From the NCBI GenBank assembly GCA_964409225.1, contig CAYPCM010000001.1, forward strand, positions 32,173 through 96,172: 64,000 nt of DNA, in the 5' to 3' direction. The notes below the pieces were generated by a model, which worked only from the letters and a program-made list of their open reading frames with translations, searched no databases and had not been told where the DNA came from. Position numbers and translations under genes: made by a program. This document shows positions 28,201-36,475 of this stretch, one piece after another; position 1 is the first letter of the stretch; each line of letters starts with the position of its first letter. Source of the stretch: an uncultured Candidatus Saccharibacteria bacterium. Its GTDB lineage: Bacteria; Patescibacteriota; Minisyncoccia; JACPXH01.

Positions 28201-28606
28201 TTCCGGCACTCCCGCGTGCGCGGTCTTTTCTACGCCGAGTCATCCGTACCCGCAGCCGGATTTCACGCATAATCCTTCGACGCTTACGCCCGGCACGCCC
28301 ATCGCCTTTAGCGCCGATGCCTCAACCGCTGCTCCGGGCCGTCAGATAGTGCGCTGGTTCTGGAAATTCCTTGACGGGGTTGCCACCGCCCCTGACGACG
28401 CTGATTCAGATCCTGACGAAGTGCTCCATGTGAGGCCGCCTTCAACTCGTTCACGTCCCAGCGCTACTTACAGCACCGCCGGTGCGAAAACAGTTACCCT
28501 CACGGTTCAAGACGACGGCGGCCCGGAGTTCACTTGCAGCCGGTTGAAGGTGCTTTTCGGCGGCTCCGGCGCAAATCTGGACTGGCGGGAGGTGAAGCCG
28601 CGGTAA
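25262..28606 (+). CDS. large surface protein with FN3, Ig-like repeats and PKD domain
   Basis: N-terminal TM; FN3 (ITGLAPSTSYLFSV; YSYYVKA); two DF/NF-start Ig-like repeats; PKD-like C-terminus; ends WREVKPR. Confidence 0.85.
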   Translation: MKWSWSKLRLPPRPWLVGFGFWVGVLVILAFMAAAPPSFPKPQPSIATIPHCGETNEWLALVDKYLGTQLAEAQSGGPCVKISAQCQGSDDAYPGFKLEWFGVAHLPSWKYQLVIPGFEFMRPDGGIQAAGAGFRRWDIDPSVPTLSAGSGLITQLVRTETATGLAVDDDTYYRAAVYSQNTTAVQCAGTDEASNNRAPDCLRFRTRDLPPDPRYGVLVTSATCPWQAEETTEVSIPCGQTTLYTSPLSSNRGGQTEWEISGVTPVSASPILTSNTSQPPRVYSGTFDDGSTVSLSMRDNQVVASRTSPPGGVCDPPPPTITCELRINGLADASWQSSSSPAPTLTWSTADFRDGDTIEAKEYTASNVPTGKEASSNQAAGSTGLGSLPRVRPGESPVTRKYVATPYDTGAPNGSVRSGSESCEANLTITAESPPVCPGGLTCVGGCTPLPSYNSAELTWSPVANARVYRVRTSRSDGTILRTDDVTPPTTRITITGLAPSTSYLFSVQTIDQLDNSSALCPGAGLTATTSPGPGGPGGPPGTPALTLTAGPTCTQMTLSWPDVANETSYEVYRGPTSSGPWTLITSPALAANTTSYTDSGRTQLTSYSYYVKALNAVGPATSNIATATTDACGGPGGADFSVSVAPASRTVSPGQSTTYTVTVTSTSLPNTPITLSVTAGLPTGASATFAPNPVTTPSTDGSVTSTMTVSTIASTPLGTSSLTISGTGASLTRTAPTTLVVDTSGSNFTLDATPASVTVQPGETANYRVAIIPTNLPNTDITLAVTAGLPAGATASFGSNPVRTPASGDVQTDMFIATAPGTSAGTYPLTVRGSTTGASPIVRTDTVNLVVNTSGGPNTPPDPPGGPGGGPTPPSRTLMCESPARLTFEFVYTDPDTPPDNADRFTFQVARDAGFANLIVSRSYSSPVSSGTTLNQLVTMQTGADPGGVRDVLYYGQSYYWRVKAWDSRGAESRWSCGDSGTPACAVFSTPSHPYPQPDFTHNPSTLTPGTPIAFSADASTAAPGRQIVRWFWKFLDGVATAPDDADSDPDEVLHVRPPSTRSRPSATYSTAGAKTVTLTVQDDGGPEFTCSRLKVLFGGSGANLDWREVKPR

Positions 28607-28869
28607 TAAAAAATCCAAAGCACAAAGCACAAAATCCAAGGCACAAATTCAAATGACAACGAAGTCATCTCAAAATTCTCAAAAAAGGCGTTATTCTTCG
28701 AGCGAAGTCGAGAAGAGACCTTTATATAACCTTTATATAAGCAGTTATTGTTCTCGACAAGCTCGAACAATAATGCGTGAGCTAGTTTCGAGATGACTTA
28801 AACATGTTTCGAGATTTGAGGTTTGGTTATTATTTTGGATTTTGAGCTTTGGATTTTGGATTTCGTTTT
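28607..28869. repeat. heptamer hairpin with nested 138-bp MITE-like insert
   Basis: AAATCCA/AAGCACA/AAGCACA/AAATCCA arm and TTTTGGA/TTTTGAG/CTTTGGA arm; insert 28662-28799 bounded by AAGTCATCTC/GAGATGACTT. Confidence 0.8.
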
Positions 28870-29334
28870 ATGGATCAGAACAAAAAACATCTCTTCATTC
28901 TCCTTGGCCTCGGCGTCGCGGTCGTAATTTTTATCGTGATCGCATTCTACCAAAAGCCCACGCCCGGGCCGCAGCCCGGGCCGACCCCGCCGCCAGACAA
29001 CGGCGCTCCGGCAAACGATCTGCCGAAGGACTTGCGCGTGGTGTCGGGCAAGATTACGAACATTGCCGGCAGCAGCATGACGATCGAATGGACCGTGCCG
29101 CAGAAGCTTGATTTTAGCGAAATAAAGGTTTTCCCGAAGCATATTACGTGGACGAACAGCACGACCTTCAGCCGGGTACGGGCCGACGCGCCCGGCGCGA
29201 AACCCGAGGTGATCAAATCCTCGGATCTCAAAATCGGCCAGACCGTGGTGGTCAGCACTCTTGAAACGGTCCAGGATCATTTTGAGCTAACCGCGCTTAG
29301 TATTCAGGTGCAGGTGCCGCCAACACCAAAATGA
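28870..29334 (+). CDS. membrane-anchored hypothetical protein (DUF5666-like OB fold)
   Basis: N-terminal TM, Pro-rich linker, SGKITNI...SDLKIGQTVVV. Confidence 0.7.
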   Translation: MDQNKKHLFILLGLGVAVVIFIVIAFYQKPTPGPQPGPTPPPDNGAPANDLPKDLRVVSGKITNIAGSSMTIEWTVPQKLDFSEIKVFPKHITWTNSTTFSRVRADAPGAKPEVIKSSDLKIGQTVVVSTLETVQDHFELTALSIQVQVPPTPK

Positions 29335-30173
29335 CCATGACCATCAACCGCACTTTTGCCTTTGGCATCATTCTTCTCGGCGCGCTCGTCGTTACGGCAT
29401 TGAGTTTTGTGCTCGTTTCTTTTCAGGGCAGCACGCCATCGGCAACCAATGTCGCACCCATTCCTGAGCCGGAAAATCAGGCTTACCTTCCAAGCGTTCT
29501 CAACTCTTTGTCGGGAATGGTGGTAAAGCGCGATGCCGGATCAATCGTTATGCAGGTGCGCATACCCGAATCAGCTGACGCGTCTAAACTCCGCGCCGAG
29601 GAACGCGTTGTCAGATGGTTAAAAGACACCAAGTTTCTGATGTCCGATGACTACCCCACCGATAAAACTCCGGCGAAAGAGATAAAATCAGAGGACGTTA
29701 AAGTCGGTGACGCAGTTGTCGCAACTTCAGATGAAAATATTCGTTCGAGCCGGCAATTTGCGGCTAAATCAGTTACTGTATATGGGCGGGTGGGGGATAT
29801 TCCGATTGGACAGTTCTCACTTGAGTCCGGGCCGGTAATAGGACAGTTGATTAAGATTCAGGGATATACGCTGACTGTTAAATTTGAACCTCTAAAGCCG
29901 TTTGGCGATCTAAAAAATCCGGGGCCAGAACTTATACCGCCGGGGACTTGGGTTGTGCGGCTGGGAAGTTCGGCGAGTTTCAACAAAGTCGTCTGGCCAA
30001 GACCAAAATCTTCGCCTACCCCCCCAAGCTCATCGTCGCCAATAAGCATCACTCCAATCTCCATTGGCGATTTGGCCGCAGATACTGCGGTGGCGGTATA
30101 TTTTTCAGCAAAAGACGAGGCGAATAAGATATTAGAGTCCAACCATATTGACATAGTGGAAACGCAAAAATAA
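29331..30173 (+). CDS. membrane-anchored hypothetical protein (tandem DUF5666-like)
   Basis: N-terminal TM; EDVKVGDAVV and GDLAADTAV repeats. Confidence 0.7.
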   Translation: MTMTINRTFAFGIILLGALVVTALSFVLVSFQGSTPSATNVAPIPEPENQAYLPSVLNSLSGMVVKRDAGSIVMQVRIPESADASKLRAEERVVRWLKDTKFLMSDDYPTDKTPAKEIKSEDVKVGDAVVATSDENIRSSRQFAAKSVTVYGRVGDIPIGQFSLESGPVIGQLIKIQGYTLTVKFEPLKPFGDLKNPGPELIPPGTWVVRLGSSASFNKVVWPRPKSSPTPPSSSSPISITPISIGDLAADTAVAVYFSAKDEANKILESNHIDIVETQK

Positions 30174-30178
30174 TTATT

Positions 30179-31885
30179 ATGTCAAACAGATTTAAATATC
30201 ATAGAGTAATCATTGCCGCCGCAGTGATTTTCAGCGGATTGTTTGCCGTGATCTTTTCAAATCCGGCGGAGGTCTACGCCGACAGGTGTATAGGCAATGA
30301 TTGGTATGTTTACGGGCCGAACGGATCAGCTTGCGGATATACGGAAACATGCAATCCACCCGATCCAACTTGGTACCATCTTGATGAACCGCCCACGTAT
30401 TTTGTAGCTTATCCTGGCGTGTACTTATATTGCACCTGGTTTGGCGCCGAGCAACTATCGGGGTGGACTTACGGCGCCCCTTATTGGTACCAAAAGCCGC
30501 AAAGGGTGCCACAATCCTGCGAATATCTTCAAACCAAAAACGATCCTCGATGCTTAGCTCCGTCGGGCGCCCCGGGCGCGCTTTCAACTTCATGCCCTAT
30601 CCCGGGAACGAGCGCGACTGTTTCCTGGGGTTCTGTGCCTGGAGCTACCTACTACGCGTTGCGGGTAAATAATACCGCTGACGGGTGGGATGGAAGTTGT
30701 TCGTCACCCCAAGGCGATCTTTGTTCAAATGTTTTCGGTACGGGGTACACCTTTACCTCGCGAGCAGGTAATACCTATGGTTGGTGGGTGCATGCCTGCA
30801 ATAGTAATGGGTGTAGTAGTCCAGCCAACGGACCAAACTTCACTTGCTCCTCGGCTCCTATTCGTCCTTCTATCCCCGGTACGCCTTCGGTTTCTCCCAA
30901 TCCCAGTAACGTAGGGGACACCCTTAGTTTTTTTTGGGGAGCCGCAAGCGGCGCGACCTCTTATGTAGTTGATACTCAAAGCGGGACGTGTATTTCTGAA
31001 GGATGTTTTCCCGGAGATAGGACTACTATGACTAGCAGTGGATATTCTGCCGGTGCTAATTGGGTAAGGGTTAAGGCCTGTAATTCCAGTGGTTGCAGTT
31101 CTTATTCCCCTCAAACCAATTTTACGGTGAATTCGCCTCCGCCGCCACCGCCGCAGAATTTGCGGATTACGCCGGCAGGCACCCAGAGGCACGGCGATGT
31201 TGCGACGATCCAGTGGGATCCGGTTAGCGGAGCGACGTCCTACCTTTTCTTTTCCTCTTGGCCGGTTTGCGTCAGCGGTTGTCAGCTTGCCGGAACGCAG
31301 GTTGGCCCAGGAGTAAACACATCGGTTGGTTCGGGCACCCATTCGTTCTGGGTCAAGGCCTGCAACGCCACCGGTTGCGGAGGTTCGACGATCCCGGTGT
31401 ACTTTGCGGTTCAATCGAACAACGCCGCGTTCGTGTCGCAGAAAATCAATAATCAGTCCAACCCCATCTCCTTTAACGTCCCGCCTGGTCAGACGACTTT
31501 CAGCGTGGAGCTGACGTTCCAGAATACCGGGGACGCAACATGGGACAATCCGGGGGGATACGTGCTTAGAAGCAAGAACCCGGACGGGAATACCACGTGG
31601 GGTAGTTCCGAGGTGCAGCTTGTTCCTTCGGCTGCAGATCGGACGACGGTTTTAAAGAATCAGCAGGTTAAGTTCTCTGGACCAGTTCCGGCGCCGACGA
31701 ACCCCGGCACCTACCAATTCCAGTGGCAGATGTATCGCAAGACGACAACCGCGGGCTTCCCGGACTACGGGTATTTCGGTACTGCCTCGACGAACGTGAC
31801 CATCACCGTGCCGGGTCCGGTATCAGCCCAGCCGATCAGGGTGCAACTCCAGATTCGCGCCAAACAGCATTTGCCGATTCAGTAA
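30179..31885 (+). CDS. secreted protein with three Cys-containing FN3-like repeats and an NBR1-Ig-like domain
   Basis: W.xVxGATxY...VxACNxxGC repeated three times; AAFVSQ...FQNTGDATW...PGTYQFQWQM. Confidence 0.8.
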   Translation: MSNRFKYHRVIIAAAVIFSGLFAVIFSNPAEVYADRCIGNDWYVYGPNGSACGYTETCNPPDPTWYHLDEPPTYFVAYPGVYLYCTWFGAEQLSGWTYGAPYWYQKPQRVPQSCEYLQTKNDPRCLAPSGAPGALSTSCPIPGTSATVSWGSVPGATYYALRVNNTADGWDGSCSSPQGDLCSNVFGTGYTFTSRAGNTYGWWVHACNSNGCSSPANGPNFTCSSAPIRPSIPGTPSVSPNPSNVGDTLSFFWGAASGATSYVVDTQSGTCISEGCFPGDRTTMTSSGYSAGANWVRVKACNSSGCSSYSPQTNFTVNSPPPPPPQNLRITPAGTQRHGDVATIQWDPVSGATSYLFFSSWPVCVSGCQLAGTQVGPGVNTSVGSGTHSFWVKACNATGCGGSTIPVYFAVQSNNAAFVSQKINNQSNPISFNVPPGQTTFSVELTFQNTGDATWDNPGGYVLRSKNPDGNTTWGSSEVQLVPSAADRTTVLKNQQVKFSGPVPAPTNPGTYQFQWQMYRKTTTAGFPDYGYFGTASTNVTITVPGPVSAQPIRVQLQIRAKQHLPIQ

Positions 31886-32043
31886 GCACATTCTCGGTTC
31901 AGTATTCGGAAGGTCTCTGCGCTAGCAGGCCTTTTCGACGTGTGCGAATGTCCACTTGACTGCCGCCGGTGGATGGCTATACTGGAGCTATAACAGTACT
32001 GTATCACCCCCGAAAAGGGAGGGCGAATATTGGGATACAATCT

Positions 32044-32361
32044 ATGCCCAAAGAGGTGAGCGCCCTCAAGATGCGCCACAATCTGGGAGAGATCTTGAAT
32101 CAGGTCGCCAACCAGCGGCTCCGCTTTGTGGTGAAGCGCGCCGGCATCCCCGCGGCAATCCTCATGAGCATCCAGGACTACGAGGACTTGGAGGACCTGG
32201 TCGAAACAGCCGTCGAGGAGGCGGGTCCCAAGTTCCAGCGGAGTTTGCTCGAGGGTCGTAAGGCCATTGACGCGGGCCGCTTCACGACCGCGGCGGATCT
32301 ACGGCGGGACTTGCGGCGGAAAGAGGCGAAGGTGCGCCGGACGGGGAAAAGGAGCCGCTAA
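32044..32361 (+). CDS. Phd/YefM-family antitoxin
   Basis: VSALKMRHNLGEILNQV, FVVKRAGIPAAILMSIQDYE. Confidence 0.85.
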   Translation: MPKEVSALKMRHNLGEILNQVANQRLRFVVKRAGIPAAILMSIQDYEDLEDLVETAVEEAGPKFQRSLLEGRKAIDAGRFTTAADLRRDLRRKEAKVRRTGKRSR

Positions 32362-32375
32362 GTCCGCTCGAGCGC

Positions 32376-32627
32376 ATGGCCTTCACCCTCCGGTATGCGC
32401 CGCAGGCCCGCAAGGATTTCGGTCGCTTGGATGTCGAGACGCTCCGGCGTATTCTCGCCGCGCTGTAAGAGCTCTGTGCGAACCCGCACACAGGCGGGAT
32501 TCTGCGGGGCAAGAAGGTGGGCCGGCGTAAATTCAGGGTTGGCGACTACCGGATTCGTTATGACATCGTCGGCCAGTACGTGGACATCTATCGGGTGCGC
32601 CACCGACGGGAGGTATATCGGGATTGA
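32376..32627 (+). pseudogene. RelE/ParE toxin with in-frame stop
   Basis: MAFTLRYAPQARKDF...LAAL*ELCANP...KFRVGDYRIRYDI...HRREVYRD; TAA at 32466-32468. Confidence 0.85.
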
Positions 32628-32706
32628 GAAATGTCCGGTCCGCTGGCGAAAAACCATTAATAGGAGGGTCTGACCCTACTATTACAAGAGGAGATTTTTT
32701 GGAGTT

Positions 32707-33168
32707 ATGAAGCGTACGGACGCGCCCCAACTAATCATTCATGCCGATGGCGGCTCACGGGGCAACCCCGGGCCGGCGGCGTTGGGCGTGGTCATTGAGC
32801 CGGCGGCTGGTTCGGATCTTAAACCGGGTCGGAAAGAATACGCCGAATACTTAGGCGAGCTTACGAACAACGAAGCCGAATACCGCGCGCTTATTTTTGC
32901 CCTGAAAAAAGCCAAACAGCTTTATGGCAAAGACAAAATTGCCAAGGCGGCGGTGGAGGTGCGAATGGATTCTGAGCTGGTGGTCAAGCACCTCAACGCC
33001 GAATATAAAATTGAGGACGAAAAGCTCCAGCCGTTATTTCTTGAAGCGTGGAATCTGAGGCAGGATTTCGGTTCGGTGCGCCTTATCGCCGTCCCGCGTC
33101 AGAACAACCGCCGGGCGGATGCGTTGGTGAACCGCGTGCTCGACCAGCAGGGGAGTCGGCTGCTCTAG
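32707..33168 (+). CDS. rnhA: ribonuclease HI family protein
   Basis: DGGSRGNPGPAA, TNNEAEY, DSELVV, N.RADALVN. Confidence 0.92.
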   Translation: MKRTDAPQLIIHADGGSRGNPGPAALGVVIEPAAGSDLKPGRKEYAEYLGELTNNEAEYRALIFALKKAKQLYGKDKIAKAAVEVRMDSELVVKHLNAEYKIEDEKLQPLFLEAWNLRQDFGSVRLIAVPRQNNRRADALVNRVLDQQGSRLL

Positions 33169-33229
33169 TCCACTCTCATCTTGATTATTGATGGGTTTAA
33201 GTATATACTTTGTGTATACATACTTTGTT

Positions 33230-33472
33230 ATGAGCACCAAAGTTCAAAAATGGGGCAACAGTCTTGCCGTGCGGCTGCCGAAAGAAGTCGCCGTTAAGTT
33301 TGGTTTGAAAGAGGGGGCGGTAGTCCAAATCGTGCCGTCGGTGAAAAACATTATCTTGAAACCCGTTTCCAGGAAAAGGTTAACATTGCGGGATCTCGTG
33401 GGGGAAATTACCCCCAAGAATAGGCACGACGAGGTTTCGTGGGGTAAACCCCGCGGTAGAGAAGTATGGTAG
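33230..33472 (+). CDS. mazE: MazE/AbrB antitoxin
   Basis: VQKWGNSLAVRLP, WGKPRGREVW; palindrome AAGTATATACTT upstream. Confidence 0.9.
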   Translation: MSTKVQKWGNSLAVRLPKEVAVKFGLKEGAVVQIVPSVKNIILKPVSRKRLTLRDLVGEITPKNRHDEVSWGKPRGREVW

Positions 33473-33804
33473 CTAGAAATTATATCCCCGGCCGAGGCGA
33501 TGTAGTGTGGGCGGACTTTGATCCGGTTAGGGGCCACGAAGAGCAAGGCCGCCGACCCGCTTTCGCCGTTTCTTCGCTCGAATACAATTCGCGTTCCGGC
33601 CTCGTTCTGTTGTGTCCGATAACTTCCAAACCCAAAGGATATCCGTTTGAGGTGGCGATAAATCTGGCGAAGATTAAGGGAGTAATTCTGGCCGATCAGG
33701 TTCGCAGCGTTGACCGGAGTAAACGCAGAATCAAGTTCATAGCCAAGGCGGACTATTCGGTGCTTGAGAAAGTGCGGGAAAGGTTGGCGTTACTGATAAA
33801 TTAG
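33466..33804 (+). CDS. mazF: MazF/PemK endoribonuclease toxin
   Basis: YIPGRGDVVWADFDP.RGHEE.GRRP, CPITSKPKGYPFEV, ILADQVRSVD. Confidence 0.92.
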   Translation: MVARNYIPGRGDVVWADFDPVRGHEEQGRRPAFAVSSLEYNSRSGLVLLCPITSKPKGYPFEVAINLAKIKGVILADQVRSVDRSKRRIKFIAKADYSVLEKVRERLALLIN

Positions 33805-33806
33805 AT

Positions 33807-34013
33807 ATGGTTAAGGTTAGGGTTCATCAGCAAAGAGACGTTCCCGAACAGCACCTTCCGATCAGGAAAGAGGATAAACATTCTCGCATTGCCGCCTTGT
33901 TTCCTGCGGTGGGCGTGATGTTTTCTCCTCGCGATATCGAAGAAGTGGTATCAGAAATTCGGAGTAACGGACACGATGCAACCCTTGATCAGCGCGCGAG
34001 TAAACTTTTCTGA
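33807..34013 (+). CDS. small hypothetical protein
   Basis: 68-aa ORF starting 2 nt after mazF. Confidence 0.4.
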   Translation: MVKVRVHQQRDVPEQHLPIRKEDKHSRIAALFPAVGVMFSPRDIEEVVSEIRSNGHDATLDQRASKLF

Positions 34014-34017
34014 GCCA

Positions 34018-34046
34018 TTGACAAGCGAAAATAACCGCAGTATACT
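34018..34046 (+). promoter_or_regulatory. sigma70 promoter of rnpB
   Basis: TTGACA-17 bp-TATACT immediately upstream of the P1 5' strand. Confidence 0.85.
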
Positions 34047-34117
34047 TCCGATGCCAAGTGGATTGGATAGTCGCGCTCATTGAAATTTCAGTGGGTGAGG
34101 AAAGTCCGAACACCCCA

Positions 34118-34282
34118 GCCGATGCGCGGCATCGGAAATTCGAAGCTCGAATTTCGAATTTCGAAACAAATTCAAAATTCCAAATACAAATGTTCCAAAC
34201 GTTTGGAATTTGGGATATTGGGTATTGTGATTTGTTTCGAATTTCGAATTTCGGATTTCGTGCTTCCGCTGCTGCGCAGCGG
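34118..34282. repeat. heptamer hairpin insert A in rnpB
   Basis: Near-identical to 34444-34602; central palindrome TTCCAAACGTTTGGAA. Confidence 0.9.
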
Positions 34283-34443
34283 CTGGAAGTAGGCAGTCGC
34301 TAACGGCGACCGGGAGCAGCTTGTTTCATCGGCGCGGTTCACGAATTGTTGCACGTAGCGCATTCGTGACTATGTGCGACATTGACTGCGTTTAAGGATA
34401 CGAGCGAAGCCCAGGGAAAGTGCCACAGAGACATATACCGCCT

Positions 34444-34602
34444 GCCGATGCTTCGCATCGGGAAACTCGAAATTCGAATTTCGAAACAAATTCAAAATTC
34501 CAAATACCAATGTTCCAAACGTTTGGAATTTGGGATATTGGGTATTGTGATTTGTTTCGGATTTCGTGCTTCGGATTTGGGATTTCCGCTGCGAAGCAGC
34601 GG
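34444..34602. repeat. heptamer hairpin insert B in rnpB
   Basis: Near-identical to 34118-34282. Confidence 0.9.
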
Positions 34603-34968
34603 TTGGTAAGGGTGAAAAGAGTGGGTTCGCCTTCGTTCCGCTTTCGCGGAACTTCGGCGGAATAAACCCGCCTTCATGCGCCAGCGCGCCGGAAGGTGTG
34701 GTGAACGTAAGAGCCCACAGTTCTCGCAGGTGACTGTGAGAAGAGGAAAACCCTGCCTGGTGCAAGGTCAGCGTTTCCTCGGCAGATTTCGTCTGCCGCG
34801 GGATTCGAAAAGTTAGACCGCTAGAGGCCGCGAGCAATCGCGGTCCCAGATAGATGGCTATCAGGGCGTGCGGCCTGTAAACCCCTCCCCAGTTTGCAAA
34901 ACAAACTGGGGAGGGGGAGGAAGGGCCGCACTCCTTACAGAATTCGGCTTATAGATCCACTTGACGCC

Positions 34969-34997
34969 AAAAATTCCGCCAGCCGGCGGTTTTTTTG
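34969..34997 (+). terminator. intrinsic terminator of rnpB
   Basis: CCGCC-AGCC-GGCGG followed by a T run. Confidence 0.7.
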
Positions 34998-35047
34998 GTT
35001 TGAGCGCGCATTGCGTTTTTAAAGAGAATCTGCTTAAAATACCAGCA

Positions 35048-36475
35048 ATGAAGCGCATTCAACTCTTGTTTACGGCGCTTTTGGTCCCGCTCGATTATGT
35101 GGCCTTGCTATTGGCCGGCATAGCGGTTTACTCCTTGCGCACCGGCGAAGTCGGTCGGGCTGTCATTGGGCCGGTTTTGTTTGCGGCGCGCGTGCCTTTT
35201 GAGCGGTATTTTGCGCTGGTGGCCGGTGTGGCGGCTATTTGGCTTGCGGCGTTTGCATTCATCGGTCTTTATCGGTTTGAGACAACCAAAAAGCCGGTCG
35301 AAGAATTCACCAAAATTGTCATTGGCTCGACCGCCGGCATAATGACCGTCATTTTCTATATGTTCTTTCGTCAGGAAATTTTTGATTCGCGGTTTCTGGT
35401 GCTGGCGGGTTGGGTGGCGGGGATTTTAGCGGTGACGCTGGGTCGTTTTCTCATGCGCGCGATATCGCGGTCTTTGCTTATTCGTTACCAAATCGGCGCG
35501 CATAAAGTTTTGGTGATTGGCCGGGACGAAGTGTCGCGGGCGGTGGTGGCGGCCATACGCAGCGATCCAGAATCCGGTTATGTCATCGTCAAGCACTTGT
35601 TTGAGCCGAACATCGTCGCGGTGGCGGCGTCAGTTGGCAATCCCGGCGCGGACGAGATTATTTTGACCGATCCGGACTGGCCGAGGGAACGCATCATAGA
35701 ACTCATCGATTATGCGACTGATAAGCGCCTTGCCTTCAAGTTCGTGCCGAATCTGTTTCAAACGCTCACAGCCAATGTCGCCTTTGAAACAGTGGGCGGG
35801 GTGCCGCTCGTTGAGTTCAAGCGGTCTCGGCTTGACGGCTGGGGGCGAATCGCCAAAAGAAGCATCGACATATTCGGCGCTTTTGGCGGCTTCGTCGTGT
35901 TGGCGCCGGTAGCGGCGGTTATTGCGCTCGCAATCAAATTGGAATCGCCCGGCCCGGTCATTTATCGCAACCGTCGCGTGGGGCCTCGGGGCGAATTTGA
36001 AACGTTTAAGTTTCGCACGATGAAGCTTGAGTATTGCACCGATGAGCGTTATCCCAACTGGCGCCGGGCGCGCGAGTTTGAGGCGAAGCTCGTAGCCGAA
36101 CGCAGCCGTAGGCGCGGGCCGGTGTTCAAAATTATGGACGATCCGCGCCGCACCCGAGTTGGCCGTTTCCTTGAGCGCACCAGCTTAGATGAGCTGCCGC
36201 AGTTTGTGAACGTGTGGCGCGGGCACATGTCGCTGGTGGGACCGAGACCCCACATGCCTCGGGAGGTTGAGCGTTACGCGAGGCATCATCAGTTGGTGTT
36301 TAATGTAAAGCCCGGCATAACGGGTTTGGCGCAAACCTCGGGCCGTTCAGACCTCGATTTTGAAGACGAAATAAAACTCGATCTCTACTACATGGAGCAC
36401 TGGTCGCTCAAATTAGATTTTGCCATTTTGCTTAAGACGCCGTTTGTGATGTTTTTTAGGCGCCACCGGAACTAA
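35048..36475 (+). CDS. priming sugar transferase (WcaJ/WbaP-like polyprenyl glycosylphosphotransferase)
   Basis: N-terminal TMs; KRSIDI, FKFRTM, DPRRTRVGRFL.RTSLDELPQ, MSLVGPRP, KPGITGLAQ. Confidence 0.95.
   Translation: MKRIQLLFTALLVPLDYVALLLAGIAVYSLRTGEVGRAVIGPVLFAARVPFERYFALVAGVAAIWLAAFAFIGLYRFETTKKPVEEFTKIVIGSTAGIMTVIFYMFFRQEIFDSRFLVLAGWVAGILAVTLGRFLMRAISRSLLIRYQIGAHKVLVIGRDEVSRAVVAAIRSDPESGYVIVKHLFEPNIVAVAASVGNPGADEIILTDPDWPRERIIELIDYATDKRLAFKFVPNLFQTLTANVAFETVGGVPLVEFKRSRLDGWGRIAKRSIDIFGAFGGFVVLAPVAAVIALAIKLESPGPVIYRNRRVGPRGEFETFKFRTMKLEYCTDERYPNWRRAREFEAKLVAERSRRRGPVFKIMDDPRRTRVGRFLERTSLDELPQFVNVWRGHMSLVGPRPHMPREVERYARHHQLVFNVKPGITGLAQTSGRSDLDFEDEIKLDLYYMEHWSLKLDFAILLKTPFVMFFRRHRN

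Larger units (their letters stand above)
34056..34962 (+). ncRNA. rnpB: RNase P RNA, expanded to about 907 nt
   Basis: P1 AAGTGGAT/ATCCACTT; GAGGAAAGTCC (34097); AGTGCCACAGAGA..ACCGCC; GGTAAGGGTGAAA; GTAAGAGC; TGCAAG; AGATAGATGGCTATC; ACAGAATTCGGCTTA (34937). Confidence 0.95.

Noticed and set aside
34118-34602. CRISPR array or protein-coding ORFs in the repeated AT-rich segments
   Set aside because: There are only two long copies, with no repeat-spacer pattern or cas genes. The ORFs are translations of heptamer repeats inside rnpB.
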